Source of the DNA: Lama guanicoe
Taxonomy: Eukaryota
NCBI GenBank assembly: GCA_013239625.1
Contig: MU054212.1
Span: 1 to 64,000 of the forward strand
Length of the DNA stretch: 64,000 bases
Reading direction: 5' to 3'
Numbering within the stretch: position 1 is the stretch's first letter; every line of letters begins with the position of its first letter. Both the position numbers and the translations under genes were made by a program. Positions 11,100 through 22,264 of the stretch are shown here, in pieces. Under the pieces are notes generated by a model. It worked only from the letters and a program-made list of their open reading frames with translations, did not search any database and was not told where the DNA came from.

Positions 11100-11900
11100 A
11101 TAGGGAAGAAGTGTAATTTGGAGGGCTGCCTGCTTTCATTCTGTAATAACACTTCACTCTCCTAGAGTATACCACAGCAGGGCACTCTCTTGCACCCATT
11201 TTCATGAACTCATTTAAGATTTTCTACACTCTATGTCTCATATTTGTGGACTCTTCATATTTATAATTTTTAATACTGTGTATATTTTGCACAATAGGCT
11301 TAATTCTCTTTTTCATAGATTTTTATTTCCCTTCCCCCTCTCGTTAGAAGACAGGGTTGGTGTTCCCTTCAGATTCCTTCAAATTCGTTTCAGCATCTTT
11401 GTGTTGACAGACATGTGAATCATGTCAAGCTTTTTGGAAGACTACTTGGAAGAATCTATTACAATTTAGAATTCATACGCTCTTTGACCCAGAAGTCCCT
11501 TTTAGGGACTGGTGTTTTTAATTTGTATGAGACAGAGTCTCGGGAACAGGGTATTTGGGAAAAATATTGAGGGATTATTCATACGAGCAAAGTAGAAAGA
11601 AAAACAAAAACAAGTGCCCGAGCAAAACAACAAAAACCTGTTGACAAAGTGGCCAGTTAAGAGCCATTAATAAGAACGAAATGGAGCTGTGCCGGCTGAA
11701 CTGAAGGGACTTTGACGAAGCACTGATCAGCGAGACAAAATGCAAGCAGCTGTGTACAGTGTGTGCAATTTATGATCCCATTTCTGGAAAACAAACAGGA
11801 CAAAAAGAAACAAACAAAAAAGTCTGCGTGTATAATATAAATGAGCCAAATCAAAGGACCGATATACTTATGTTCCAGCCACAAACTTTTTTTTTTCAAG
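11100..11900. mobile_element. Ancient L1ME-type 3' fragments, mixed orientation
   Basis: CATACGCTCTTTGACCCAGAAGTCCCTTTTAGG and GAGCCATTAATAAGAACGAAATGGAGCTG are degenerate L1 3' motifs. Confidence 0.5.
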
Positions 11901-12199
11901 TAACTGAAATAGTGATATCCAAATGAAGTGTTATCTGTTTCTTTGGAGCAGAAGTTATTACTCACCTCCAATACCTAATGAGAATAAGCAGTTTAAATAT
12001 GTGGTCCAAAGACATCCATTTAGAATCCAAGGGTTAAAGGGGAGAGTTGTTTCGAATGCATGGAAGTGATGCTGTTCTTAATGAGGCAACGATTGTGCTT
12101 TACGCTTTAGTGCAGCTTTAAAAGCATTGTGATACTTGTTCCTGGAGGAAAATAAAATAGTGAGATAAAGAGTGCCTGTCGTCTAGAAATGATAGGGAT

Positions 12200-12430
12200 G
12201 AAATAACTGTTATTGTTCTTACAATGTTCCAGCTATTGGGCTAATTGCTTTAAATGTATTATCTTATCACAATTCTGAGACGTATTATTATCCTCTCCAT
12301 TTTCCAGAAAAACCCAGAGAGATTAATATTTCTCCAAGGTTATACTGCTTATGAGTGGCCAAGTCCAACTTGGAATCGGAGTATCTGGATTCAAGCCTGT
12401 GTGTTTAACTATCTTCCTAATGGCCTTTTT
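12200..12430 (-). mobile_element. MIR SINE
   Basis: ATTATTATCCTCTCCATTTTCCAGAAAAACCCAGAGAGATTAATATTTCTCCAAGGTTATAC...ATCTGGATTCAAGCC. Confidence 0.7.
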
Positions 12431-12604
12431 ACTGTCTTTCTATAACACGAGCCTCTTACCATACATGGAGTTTATGCATTCTGGAGGTATCGTAGGTAGA
12501 GTTAATGTCTTTGGATTGAATCATACTTTATTATTGATTTGCATTTTAAAATTATATGTGTCCCTAAGGCCTAAATGTTGACCAGATAACATTATAAAAC
12601 TGTC

Positions 12605-12701
12605 TGCATGTGTACATGTACACGTCTGTCTGCATATATATGTATGTATGCAATATATGTGCATGTACGTATATAATATAATATATGTGCATATGTGTGT
12701 A
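12605..12701. repeat. Degenerate (TA/TG/CA)n low-complexity tract
   Basis: Mostly alternating purine-pyrimidine sequence. Confidence 0.8.
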
Positions 12702-12745
12702 CTGAGGGTGGAGTGGTATAAATGCTCCAAAGCAGCTTTGTATTT

Positions 12746-13402
12746 CATGCTGTAGCCAGGCAGTAATTTCACTCTTCTCTTGTTTGGGTTCTAGATGGCA
12801 AACACCTCCGCTACTCATCTTGTGGGGTTTTGCACTCTTGTGAGGATTCTGAGATACTTGCTTAAGCTAGAGCCACAAGAGAGGCTGGGATTGGTGGGTG
12901 CAGCCACAGGACACAGGGACCCTAACATCTGTAAACAGGAGTAACTTGAGGTAACTCAATTAAAAATTTATGTTTTTGTTTTACATGTTGATTATTGCAT
13001 TATTATTATTTTGCATGTTGATTATTTAACATAATGTTTTAGCTCATAACGGCATTTCCACTTTCAGTAAAATTCAAGCTGTAAGTAATATGTAAAATAC
13101 ATTAAAGAGACTAGAATGGGATTATCTAAACTGCAAAGCGGAGCTTCTGTCCCAGATTTAAAAATAACAACAATGTCATAAACAGGATTAGTGAGATAGT
13201 TGTTATCTCTATGCACGTTGGCTGGTAAAAATATAGAAGTAGTATTGGGCATGTATCAACACGTTTACGTCTTGTAATTTCTTAACCGAATATGTTTCTT
13301 TAATACATTAAGGGCCACCTATTCAAAAATAAAAATAGTAAAATATAGAAAAAACAATGACTTCTTATGCGCCAGGTGTTTAAAAATGCTGAGTTACTCC
13401 TG
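12746..13402. mobile_element. Possible hAT (Tip100-like) DNA transposon remnant
   Basis: AT-rich body ending CCAGGTGTTTAAAAATGCTGAGTTACTCCTG, similar to recalled hAT-Tip100 termini; family uncertain. Confidence 0.35.
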
Positions 13403-13899
13403 GATAAAACACCAAAGTCGTCCTTCTTGCTACTTCCCAGGCCAGGTTAGGTTCTCGTTTTCACGAGGTGCGACGGCATTAGAGGAAGCAAGCAGCCTGG
13501 CCCACAGAGCATGCGCTGGCCCAGTGCAGGGCGGGCCCCCCGACTGTTACTGTGACATCGCCCCCGCTCCCCGCCCTTGTTCGGAAAAATACAGCTAACA
13601 GCTGGGAATCAGGAATCCTCTCTATGGATCTGTGGCACTCTGTTCTGATTCTTTCCCTGAATTGCCTGAGGGGAGAAAAAAGCAATTGCTTTTTCTGTGT
13701 ATCTCAAGGACGGAGAAAGTTTTCACTGCCCATGCCAACTCTGACAAGTTGGTAGTTGTTTCCTGGGCTGAGAAGAATTTTGAAGCCAACTTCAATTTTG
13801 AGTTTAGTGTGAGTGCTCTGGGACCAGTATTTTACACTGGACTTCAGAGTTTACCAGATTTGGGAGACTCACCCTATGCTGGCATTTCTCCTGTTGCAA

Positions 13900-14875
13900 A
13901 AATATAACAATGTTAGATGAAAAAAAAGTGTTCAGAAAATACTTTTTAAATATATAGTTAAACTGTATTGAAAGGGAAAGTCTTGGGTTTCAAACACAAA
14001 AATGGAACTCAGCTGGAAAGGAGAGGCTACAGCTGGTGCTGAGATGGCCCGCAATGGATGTGGGCATCGGTCCCACGAGCTGGGTACTGGTTGTGTCAGT
14101 GCCCGCTTGGTGACAGATGTGGTCTTGAGGACTCGGACTCAGGCCTCAATATGGAGGGACACTCAAAGGGCCACCAACCTCCAAAAGGTGGACTATAAAA
14201 TCACTGTCTTTGGGTCAGATTAAAAACCAGTTTAATAGAAGCAAAGATAAAAATTTTCCCAAAGAGACCTTTGCCCAAGCAAGGGTGCATGGGATGCCTA
14301 CCAAAAAACAACTTTGGCTGGAGATGAGCTAAAAAAATTACAGATTCCATGAGAAGCACCATGGCGCTGTGATGCAAAGGGTCCAGATGCAATGCAAGGG
14401 AATACTGGCACCCAAGAATGTGAGAAAATGGAGCAATCGAGAGAGACATGAAATGAAAATGTCCAAAATGAATACAAGTAAATTATGGAAATAGTAAGAA
14501 AGAAAATGATCTTATTCTTAGAAAAGAGTAAGTAGATTTGAAAAATAACAAAATTGTAAAAATGAAAAATACAGAAATTTAGAATTCAGTGGATGGGTCA
14601 AAGAACAAATTAATCACAGTTGAAGGGAGAATTAGTTAACCCAAAGGCAGAGCTGAAGAAATCACCCAGAATATAGTACAGAATGACAAGGAAGTGGAAA
14701 TTTGAAGAAGGATTTAGTAACATGGATGACAGGCTAAGGAGACCCAATACATATCCAATTACGAGTTCTGGAATGAAAGTATTTTGAGATTCGAGGAGAT
14801 GTCATATTTGAAGACAGAGACACTGATAATTTTTTAGAAATGAAGAAAAGTTTGAGTCCACAGAACAAAGCAACA
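13900..14875 (+). mobile_element. Ancient L1M/HAL1-like 5' region and ORF1 remnant
   Basis: A-rich AATTCAGTGGATGGG...GAGAATTAGTTAACC...GAAGAAATCACCCAGAAT...ATATTTGAAGA...AATTTTTTAGAAATGAAGAAA resembles L1 ORF1; the frame is broken. Confidence 0.65.
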
Positions 14876-14934
14876 GAGTCTCCCTTCAGCCACTGTTCTC
14901 GCTGACTCTTTCCCCATCAATTTTCCCCTCGCTA

Positions 14935-15480
14935 CAATCTTCTTACTGCCAGCAAACAAACATATCACAATAACATGTCATGGTAAAATAAAACAAACTT
15001 CTCTTGTACCCCACCCTCCTCCAGATGCTGTTTCATTTCTCTGCTCTTTTCACAGCAACACCCCTTCAAGGAGATGCCTAAATCCCCCACGTGCTCTCTC
15101 TCCCCTCCTACTCTTTCCTGGACCCCTCTAATCAGAATTCCATCTCTGTCCCTCCACAGAGAGGGCACCCTTGGTCTAACGTTGCTGAATCCAGTGGTGC
15201 AATCTCAGTCCCACAGGGGGCATCCGCAGCATCTGACAGAGTCGACTGCTCCCCCCTCTCTGAAAAGCCTTTCTCCACTTGGCTCCTAAGGCACCGCTCT
15301 CTCTTGGTTCTCCATGTGCTGCTCTGACTGCTCCTTCCTAGTATCCGTTACTGGTTCCTCTTCATCTCCTGACCTTAACTGGTAGAGTCGTCAAAAGCTC
15401 AGTCTCCCTTTCTGTTCTCAGAGTGATCTCGCCCCTGGCACGCTGCTGTAAGTGGTAAATGCTGGCAACTCCCCAGATGT
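14935..15480 (+). mobile_element. L2 LINE ORF2 (RT) remnant
   Basis: Frameshifted SAASDRVDC / LKSLSPLGS*GTALSWFS resembles the L2/CR1 RT motif SAAFDTVDHSLLLETLSSLGF..TLSWFSSYL. Confidence 0.8.
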
Positions 15481-16494
15481 ATACGGAACGGAATTCTCAA
15501 ATATAACACCAGAAGATGGTGGAAGGATATCATTGAGTTACGGAAGACAAAACAGTTGACTTAGAATGAGTACCCAGCTAAATTACTCAGAAGTGGAAGG
15601 AGAACGAAGACCTTGCAGATAATAATTTAGTCTATTAAGGAGCCACTTAAAAAATATACATGCACTACCAGCTTAAATCCAGTAATTTGGTCCTGAAAAA
15701 TCAGACATTCTGAATGAAGACACTGCCAAGCCTACTTCCCATTATATCAAATGGGAAAAATTCTACTTCATTATATACCAACCCCAAACCACTAACTACT
15801 TTCTTAAAACACAGCCAAAGCACAGTAAAACATCGGTGTATAATAACCGTCAAATGCTTAAACAAACAAATGCTTCGAGCATCACTTCCTGATTGCAGAA
15901 TAGTAAATTTGGGTGTTTACAGATACCCGCTTGGGAGCAGCACTGTGTGGCGTCCCGTAGTGCCTGTAACACGGAGGCGCGCTCCGGGTTTTGCTGTATG
16001 TCCCCACGTGGTCTGCCGACTGACCGTGGAACAGAACTCTAGACTCTTCTTTCATATTGCTTTGTTTAAAGTGTTAATTAGATTTTGAGAGGTACATACT
16101 TTTTAAAATGAAAACTCTAGCCAAAAAACAAACAAACCCCACATTGCACTTGGAAATTCGTAAGTTTTATGAAGTTTAGGAATTCAAAGCAGGAAAGTGT
16201 TAATGCAAGAATCCGTTTTCAGGGTATATACCTGTATTTCAGTAAGAAAGAAACTGAAACCAATGGAGAACAAAGACATTAGTAAACACATAAAAAAATA
16301 AGCACCGATGTAAACAACAACCCCAGACTCGTAGTGATAATAACTGACTAATGGGAGAGGATTAAAAATAAAGTGGACTTAAGACATTAGGTAATAATGT
16401 GGCTGGTAGGGGGGATGAGTGTCTCTTGCTTTGTTTGAAAGGTTAGAGCCATTGGTGACTTTTGGTTTATTATGTGCCCATGTTAAAGCTTTTT

Positions 16495-16621
16495 TTTTTT
16501 GGTGGGGGGAGGTAATTAGGTTTATTTGTTTACTTATTTTCAGTGGAGATACTCGGGACTGAATCAAGGACCTCATGCATGCTAAGAATGCGCTCTACCA
16601 CTTGAGCTATACCCGCTCCCC
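16495..16621 (-). mobile_element. tRNA-Ala-derived SINE (vic-1-like)
   Basis: Reverse complement GGGGAGCGGGTATAGCTCAAGTGGTAGAGCGCATTCTTAGCATGCATGAGGTCC...ACCTAATTACCTCCCCCC plus poly-A; TSD AAAGCTTTTT at 16485-16494 and 16622-16631; sits in old L1M-like sequence (~16150-16960). Confidence 0.93.
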
Positions 16622-16999
16622 AAAGCTTTTTAATAGTAACTTAGTAAAACAATTGAAGTATAATTTATAATATCACTTCAGCAAAAGGAAACATGAGAGA
16701 ATAAATGAAGCTTGATCCCATACAAGACAGGAGCATGGAGAAAAAGAAGTAAGCCATAGTCATAGAAAACACCTATGATGTTAGAAATTAGGCAAAGTAT
16801 CAGCAAACAAATCCTTCAGTTACAAGAAAGGAAATCTCAGATTGAAGAATATGCCCAACCATATTTTGCTTAAGAAAGACATGCCTTAAACATAATGATG
16901 CAAAAAGATGTGAGAAACTCTTGTAAACCTGAAGTTATTTCCAAATGGGAAAGACTGTTACTATGTTACATCACTCACCAGGTTATCCCGTGATTATTT

Positions 17000-17115
17000 G
17001 ATCGTCTCTCCTGCTAGAGTGTGAACTTTTTGTATTTTCAGCCCTCTACCCTAGCACCTGACACACAGTAGGCGCTAAATAAATGTTTGTTAAATGAATA
17101 TATAAATGAATGCGT
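17000..17115 (+). mobile_element. L2 3' end
   Basis: CCTAGCACCTGACACACAGTAGGCGCTAAATAAATGTTTGTTAAATGAAT. Confidence 0.8.
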
Positions 17116-18879
17116 GAGCAAGGCAATAAGCAATCCTTTGAAATTTACTATTTTATCAGTGGGTTGAGAGGAGACTCTTTTCTTGAAGTTGGTAAAGAGT
17201 TCCATGGATTTTTATTTAGATGCCAATTTTATTTTTTACTGCAGCTATTATGATTATGTTATTTTGTAATATGTTAGGCCTCTGTTTTCTATTTTCCTCC
17301 CTTTCTCATTTAATTGGCTCAATGTCACTGATTCTCTTCTTGAAAATGAAATGGTGCCAAATACATCAGATTTTTTAAAGCCTGCTTTGTGAGTGTATAT
17401 TGTATCTTCTTTCAGTTTCTCTTATTTGTGTTGCCCAAGTTTGTAGTTACGCTTATTTTAAAAAATTACAAAAATGTCTTAAGGCAGACACACCCTCGTT
17501 TGTAAATAATGGTTGTGTCACTTAAAGGGTATGTACAGCTTGGTAACCATTGGAATTAAGACAGCTCCTCTCAACAAGCCTTGTGGGGCCGTGGGGGCTC
17601 GGGGAGGTGTTTGGCTGGGCTCGGTCACGTCCATGCCTGAGCCCCTGGGAGGCGGCCCTGTGCTGGCTTCAGGCGGGTGTGTGTAGAATGTAGTGACAGT
17701 TCTCAGTCCGTCCTCTGGGAAACTAGAGACAGGAAACACCAGCCGATAGCCTCTTAATAGAAGGACAAAACCACTTGCTGGTAATTAGTATCACCCTCAT
17801 GACTAAACGTAGGTGTTAGCCAAGTTGTTCGGGCATGTTTGCTTCTTCTGGAGAAAATGTTATCTGGATTTGGCTTTTATCGTTTCACTATATTAAATCC
17901 AGCTTTACATTTTTATGTGTGAAATGCTCTAAGAACATTGCCTCATACCCTAAGCCTAATTCCAAATGATCAACGTCGTGGCCGAGACTGCAGGACAACA
18001 AACATCTGGATGTTCACAAACATGCAGTTTTTCGAGTGAAGTTTGCTTTGGTTGGTGTGGCTCTGCCAGTCTTCCTTGACACTTCTGATTAACAACCAGC
18101 CACAGAAGTTTCCCTGAATAATCTGTCTAGGTGCTATTCAAACACAGAGTCTCCTTACCAAGAAAGAGTTATCGGTACAGAAAAAAAAAGCCACGTAAAA
18201 GGCTGTATTTCCACATTCTACACTTCAAATCCCCCTTCTGATTGTTGGTGGCCTCTGGGCTGGGGCTCCGCTGCCTGGGCTCCAGACGGCCTGGAAAAGC
18301 CTGTGTTTGTCCTAAATGCACACTTTAGGAAACACCAGAGAGTTCAGATTGGAGAGAAAACTTAATGATGTAAAAAATGTAAGATAGTATTTAATGAAAA
18401 TCAAATCTAAATAAATATCGGAGAATTCACAGTACAGAAAAAAACGCCAAAAAAAGAAAAACACCCGGGAGCGCCGCTGAGGCCCTCGTTGGCAGCACAG
18501 ATCCAAAGGGCAGCTCCGAGTCCTGCTGAATGAGATCCTCGTCAGTAGAGAAGAGGGATCATGGGGCTGTTAGGTCACAAACCATCCCGGTCCCAACAAG
18601 GCACTTTCAGTGCTGACAGCGGGAGGAACCTGCGCAGACCTGGCAGTTTGGTCCCCGGGGGGCTGCTGAGCCCTTCGGGGCCGCGGCAAACATCCCACGG
18701 AGCCGGCTTTCCTGCTCCTCCTCTCCCGCTTTGTGCTTGTTGAATTCCCTTTACAGAAGATGTATGGTAATTACTGCTTCGGTTTTTGAAACCTTTCCGC
18801 TTCTTCAAGGTCTGCCTAAGATGTCATTCCTTTTGTGAAACCTCCCACGATACAGAGGACTAGTTCTCTTCGGCTAGAA

Positions 18880-19190
18880 CAGGCCCATAGATCCCTCTCT
18901 GCACTTTCGAAAACTGAAATTTAGCTCCGAAAATGAAAAACTGTTATGTGAGTTACTTGGCTGCAAAACCCGACCTTACTGACCTGAAACCCTGTATGGT
19001 TTCTCACTAATATGAATATTCATATATTTTTACTGCATAAATATATTAATGTGTTTCATGATAGAGGGACACCCAGACTCTGATGTAGGTGTAGTTAATA
19101 ATTGGTACATAGGCTCAATTATCTGTCTAGAATCTGAAAAATTCCTACGTGCAAGTGGCCGCTAGGTTCCAGTAGCGGACCTATACCTCT
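18880..19190. mobile_element. TcMar-Tigger-like non-autonomous DNA transposon remnant
   Basis: Ends CAGGCCCATAGATCCCTCTCTGCACTTTCG and GGTTCCAGTAGCGGACCTATACCT resemble degraded Tigger-type termini. Confidence 0.4.
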
Positions 19191-19459
19191 GAAGGGCACT
19201 GTTTCATTTGTACTGTTTGTAGTTAATTATTCGTATGTCTCTGAGCCTCAACTTCCTCATCTATAAAATGGGAACAATCAATTCTGTCCTGACTATGAAA
19301 TGAAAAGTGTTGCAAACAAATAAAAGGCACCATTGCTGTTACTTCTCTCATCTCCTTTATTCTAGGGTGCTTTCTAGTTTATTTGTTTTTGAGCTTCCGC
19401 AAAGAACCACCTTTCCGTGGCTGGTGCTCAGTGAACATTGTGAGATCTGAGTGTAGACA

Positions 19460-19900
19460 TGCACTCAGAATACCTCATGGCTCTGGTTAAATAAATAGGA
19501 GCTTGTCTTTCTCATAAAGCAAATATGCAGGAAGACAGTCCAGCCGGTAGGGCTCTCAAGGATACAGGTGCTTTCTGTCTTTCTACACGGCTGCTCTGTG
19601 CGATTTCTGCTGTAGCCTCTGGCAGGAAAAAAGAAGTAGGAAGTGAAAGGCATGCCTGTCATCTCTCCTTAAAAGGTGAGCAGAAGCTTCCCTGAAAGCC
19701 TGACTCATCTGACGTCTCCTCTGCCAGGGAGCTGAGGTTACTGGGGCTGCTTTAGACCCATCGTGATTCTACCCCAGGGTGTGGGCGGGGCCTCTTCCTG
19801 AGATTGAGGGTCTGTCTGCGGCAACCTAAACACATCTGTTTGGTTAGCAGGGAAAGGGGGTAGCCGGGAGAGAATGGATGGTGGGAAGGCCATAGAACAG
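19460..19900 (-). mobile_element. MLT1 solo LTR remnant
   Basis: GGTTAAATAAATAGGAGCTTGTCTTTCTCATA...CAGAAGCTTCCCTGAAAGCC...GTTACTGGGGCTGCTTTAGACC. Confidence 0.5.
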
Positions 19901-22264
19901 AACCCGCCACACTTCAAATATTCCAAGATTGCCCTCAAATCTCCTTGTAATGTTTTCCTGTCAAAGTTAAAATGCACTCAGTTTCTTTGCCCAGTTCTCC
20001 TGCCTCCTTTGGTTGGCCCGTGTGTGGCTCTAGTGAGTGCCTGGGACTCAGCCCGGTCTCCCCGGGGACTGGGCCCCAGGGCCTAGTGCAGTAGGAGTAC
20101 GTCCCATGGTCAGACTCTGCATTTTCCATCCACATTTCATGGGCTGGTTCTTATAGAGTTTGCAGTCAGTTCTTCAGTTTCATAGGAACTGCCCACAAGT
20201 CATATCTCTTATCCAGTATCTGTGTAATTGATTTTTTTAAAAAAAAAAAACCTAAATGAGGCCTACAATGTGCTGATTTGGGGAACCAATGTATTGAATT
20301 ACAGTATGGATTTATTTCAGTTAACCTTAAACAGCTGTTCACTAATGAAATATGTTTAGGGGACTAAGACATGAATTTTATAAAGAGCCTTTTAAAACAT
20401 TTCTGTAAAACCCATACGTAGCATTGATATATTTATTACTGCATATGGATTTAAAAGAAAAACCATCACCTCTTCATGTTTCTTTTTGCTTTTCCTAAAG
20501 CTGTTTTTTTCTGGCACATCATTGTGTGCTACCAGCAGGCCACACCAAATCAATTTGATTTATGCTGTAACTGAGTGGAGAATAGAAAGTAAGGTACAAT
20601 GGCTTTAGTATGTTCAATAATAGTGTGTCATGGAGAATTAGTACTTTTGGAAATATATTATTTCATGAAATTTTAGGAAATATGGAATTCTAGTTCTAGG
20701 TGCTTTTTGGTCTCACCATTTTTATCCAATATAGAATTAGTATGTCTTGAAAAGCAGAAGCATTAACAGTTATACTGAAATGATCATATTTGGTTTCGTG
20801 ATACCCAGAATGTATCCAGCTATCTCTAGGGCTGACATAAAATGTTGATTATCAATGTCAATGATTTCAATTCATTTTAATTATATATAGATGGATAGAT
20901 ATAAAACTAGAGATATAGATGACGTGTAGAATTTATAGGAAGAGCAAGGTGTGTTATGAAGGTCTGTATCCAGCATAGGGTCCCAAGTATCCAAACCACT
21001 ATAAATCACAGCTACATATTGTAATGTGGCTTTGTAGAAACTGCAGTTAGTCACTACTGTAAGTGTGTGGGTCTTAAGGCCTGTGAGGGGTCTGTTCTGA
21101 ACGTTAGAGTTGCTTCACGATCTGTGAGAGACTCCTCTCTCTGAGTCTGTAAGAAGCCACGGAGATAGCAATAGAAATATTTATCTCACAAAGCATATGA
21201 ATAGCTCTGTAAGCAGCCTGGAAAGAACAAAGTTGGCTTCCAAACCCACACGCAAAACTGAAGGGATCATGTATTTGCAGACTGTTAAAACTACACTGTT
21301 GTTAGAGGAACGGGAACATGATGGTATTCTGTGGGTTATGCCAGCGCGTTGAAATGAAGATATAAAATAATAAGTTTTAAAAGACAGAATTAAAAAATAT
21401 GTATACACTACTTACAATCATGTAAAATAGATACGGAGCATTAAAAATAGGAGAATGTGTAGAGTTATAATGAAAAGTTTAAGGTTTAGTAGGTTCTTTC
21501 TGTATTTCTCAGAACTGGGTTACTGGCTCACCCTGGCTATGGCTGGGTGAGAAGAGTGGCGAGTTTTTAATCCCTAAAAAGCAATTGTGGGTGTGGACAA
21601 ACTGAGAAAACAGAGGAGCAAGCAAACACGCACACAGCTCATTCAGCACCAGAAACCAACCACAGATACAAAGAATCTGAGGGCCAGTTATGCTTGAAAC
21701 ACTGCTAAGCACTGGTTAAGAAATATGAGAATCCGGGTGTTCTGGCCTCTGGATGCCCCCGTTTCTCCCTCACCCCACCGCCAAGCTCAGTCCGCAAAGG
21801 TTCTGCCGGGGCTGGGTTTGGCCAGGCCAGGGCCGTCAAAAGCAGCTCACTTGATTTAGTGGTGTTGGTGTCATCGGTGGAAGTGAGCATCTCAGGGAGG
21901 CAGATGAGTGAACACGCCAATGGCTCCAGTCTGAGGCTGCAGTGGTGAGTGGGACAAAATATTCCTGGCTGAGGCTGCCTGAATGCACGGCAAGGCAGGA
22001 AAGGGCTCAAGCCAGCCATAGTCCTGACCAACCCTGAGGCTTTGCACATACATGGAGGAGATGCAAAAGGGCCCAGTGGACGGTGATGACTGGGAAGACT
22101 TGAAAATGACTTGATCTTTGAATCTTTTCCGCTCTCCACAACACACAGATCCAGTGACCGAGGACAGAAGGCTTACTGGATGGAGGTGGTTGAGAACTAT
22201 CTCCCTCCAATCACTGGCTGACCATTACGCTTTGCAGACACAGGAATGACCACAGGAACCCAGG

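Noticed and set aside
19010..19025. 16-bp palindrome ATATGAATATTCATAT (POU-dimer-like)
   Set aside because: About one palindrome this long is expected by chance in 64 kb, and it lies in an AT-rich transposon relic.
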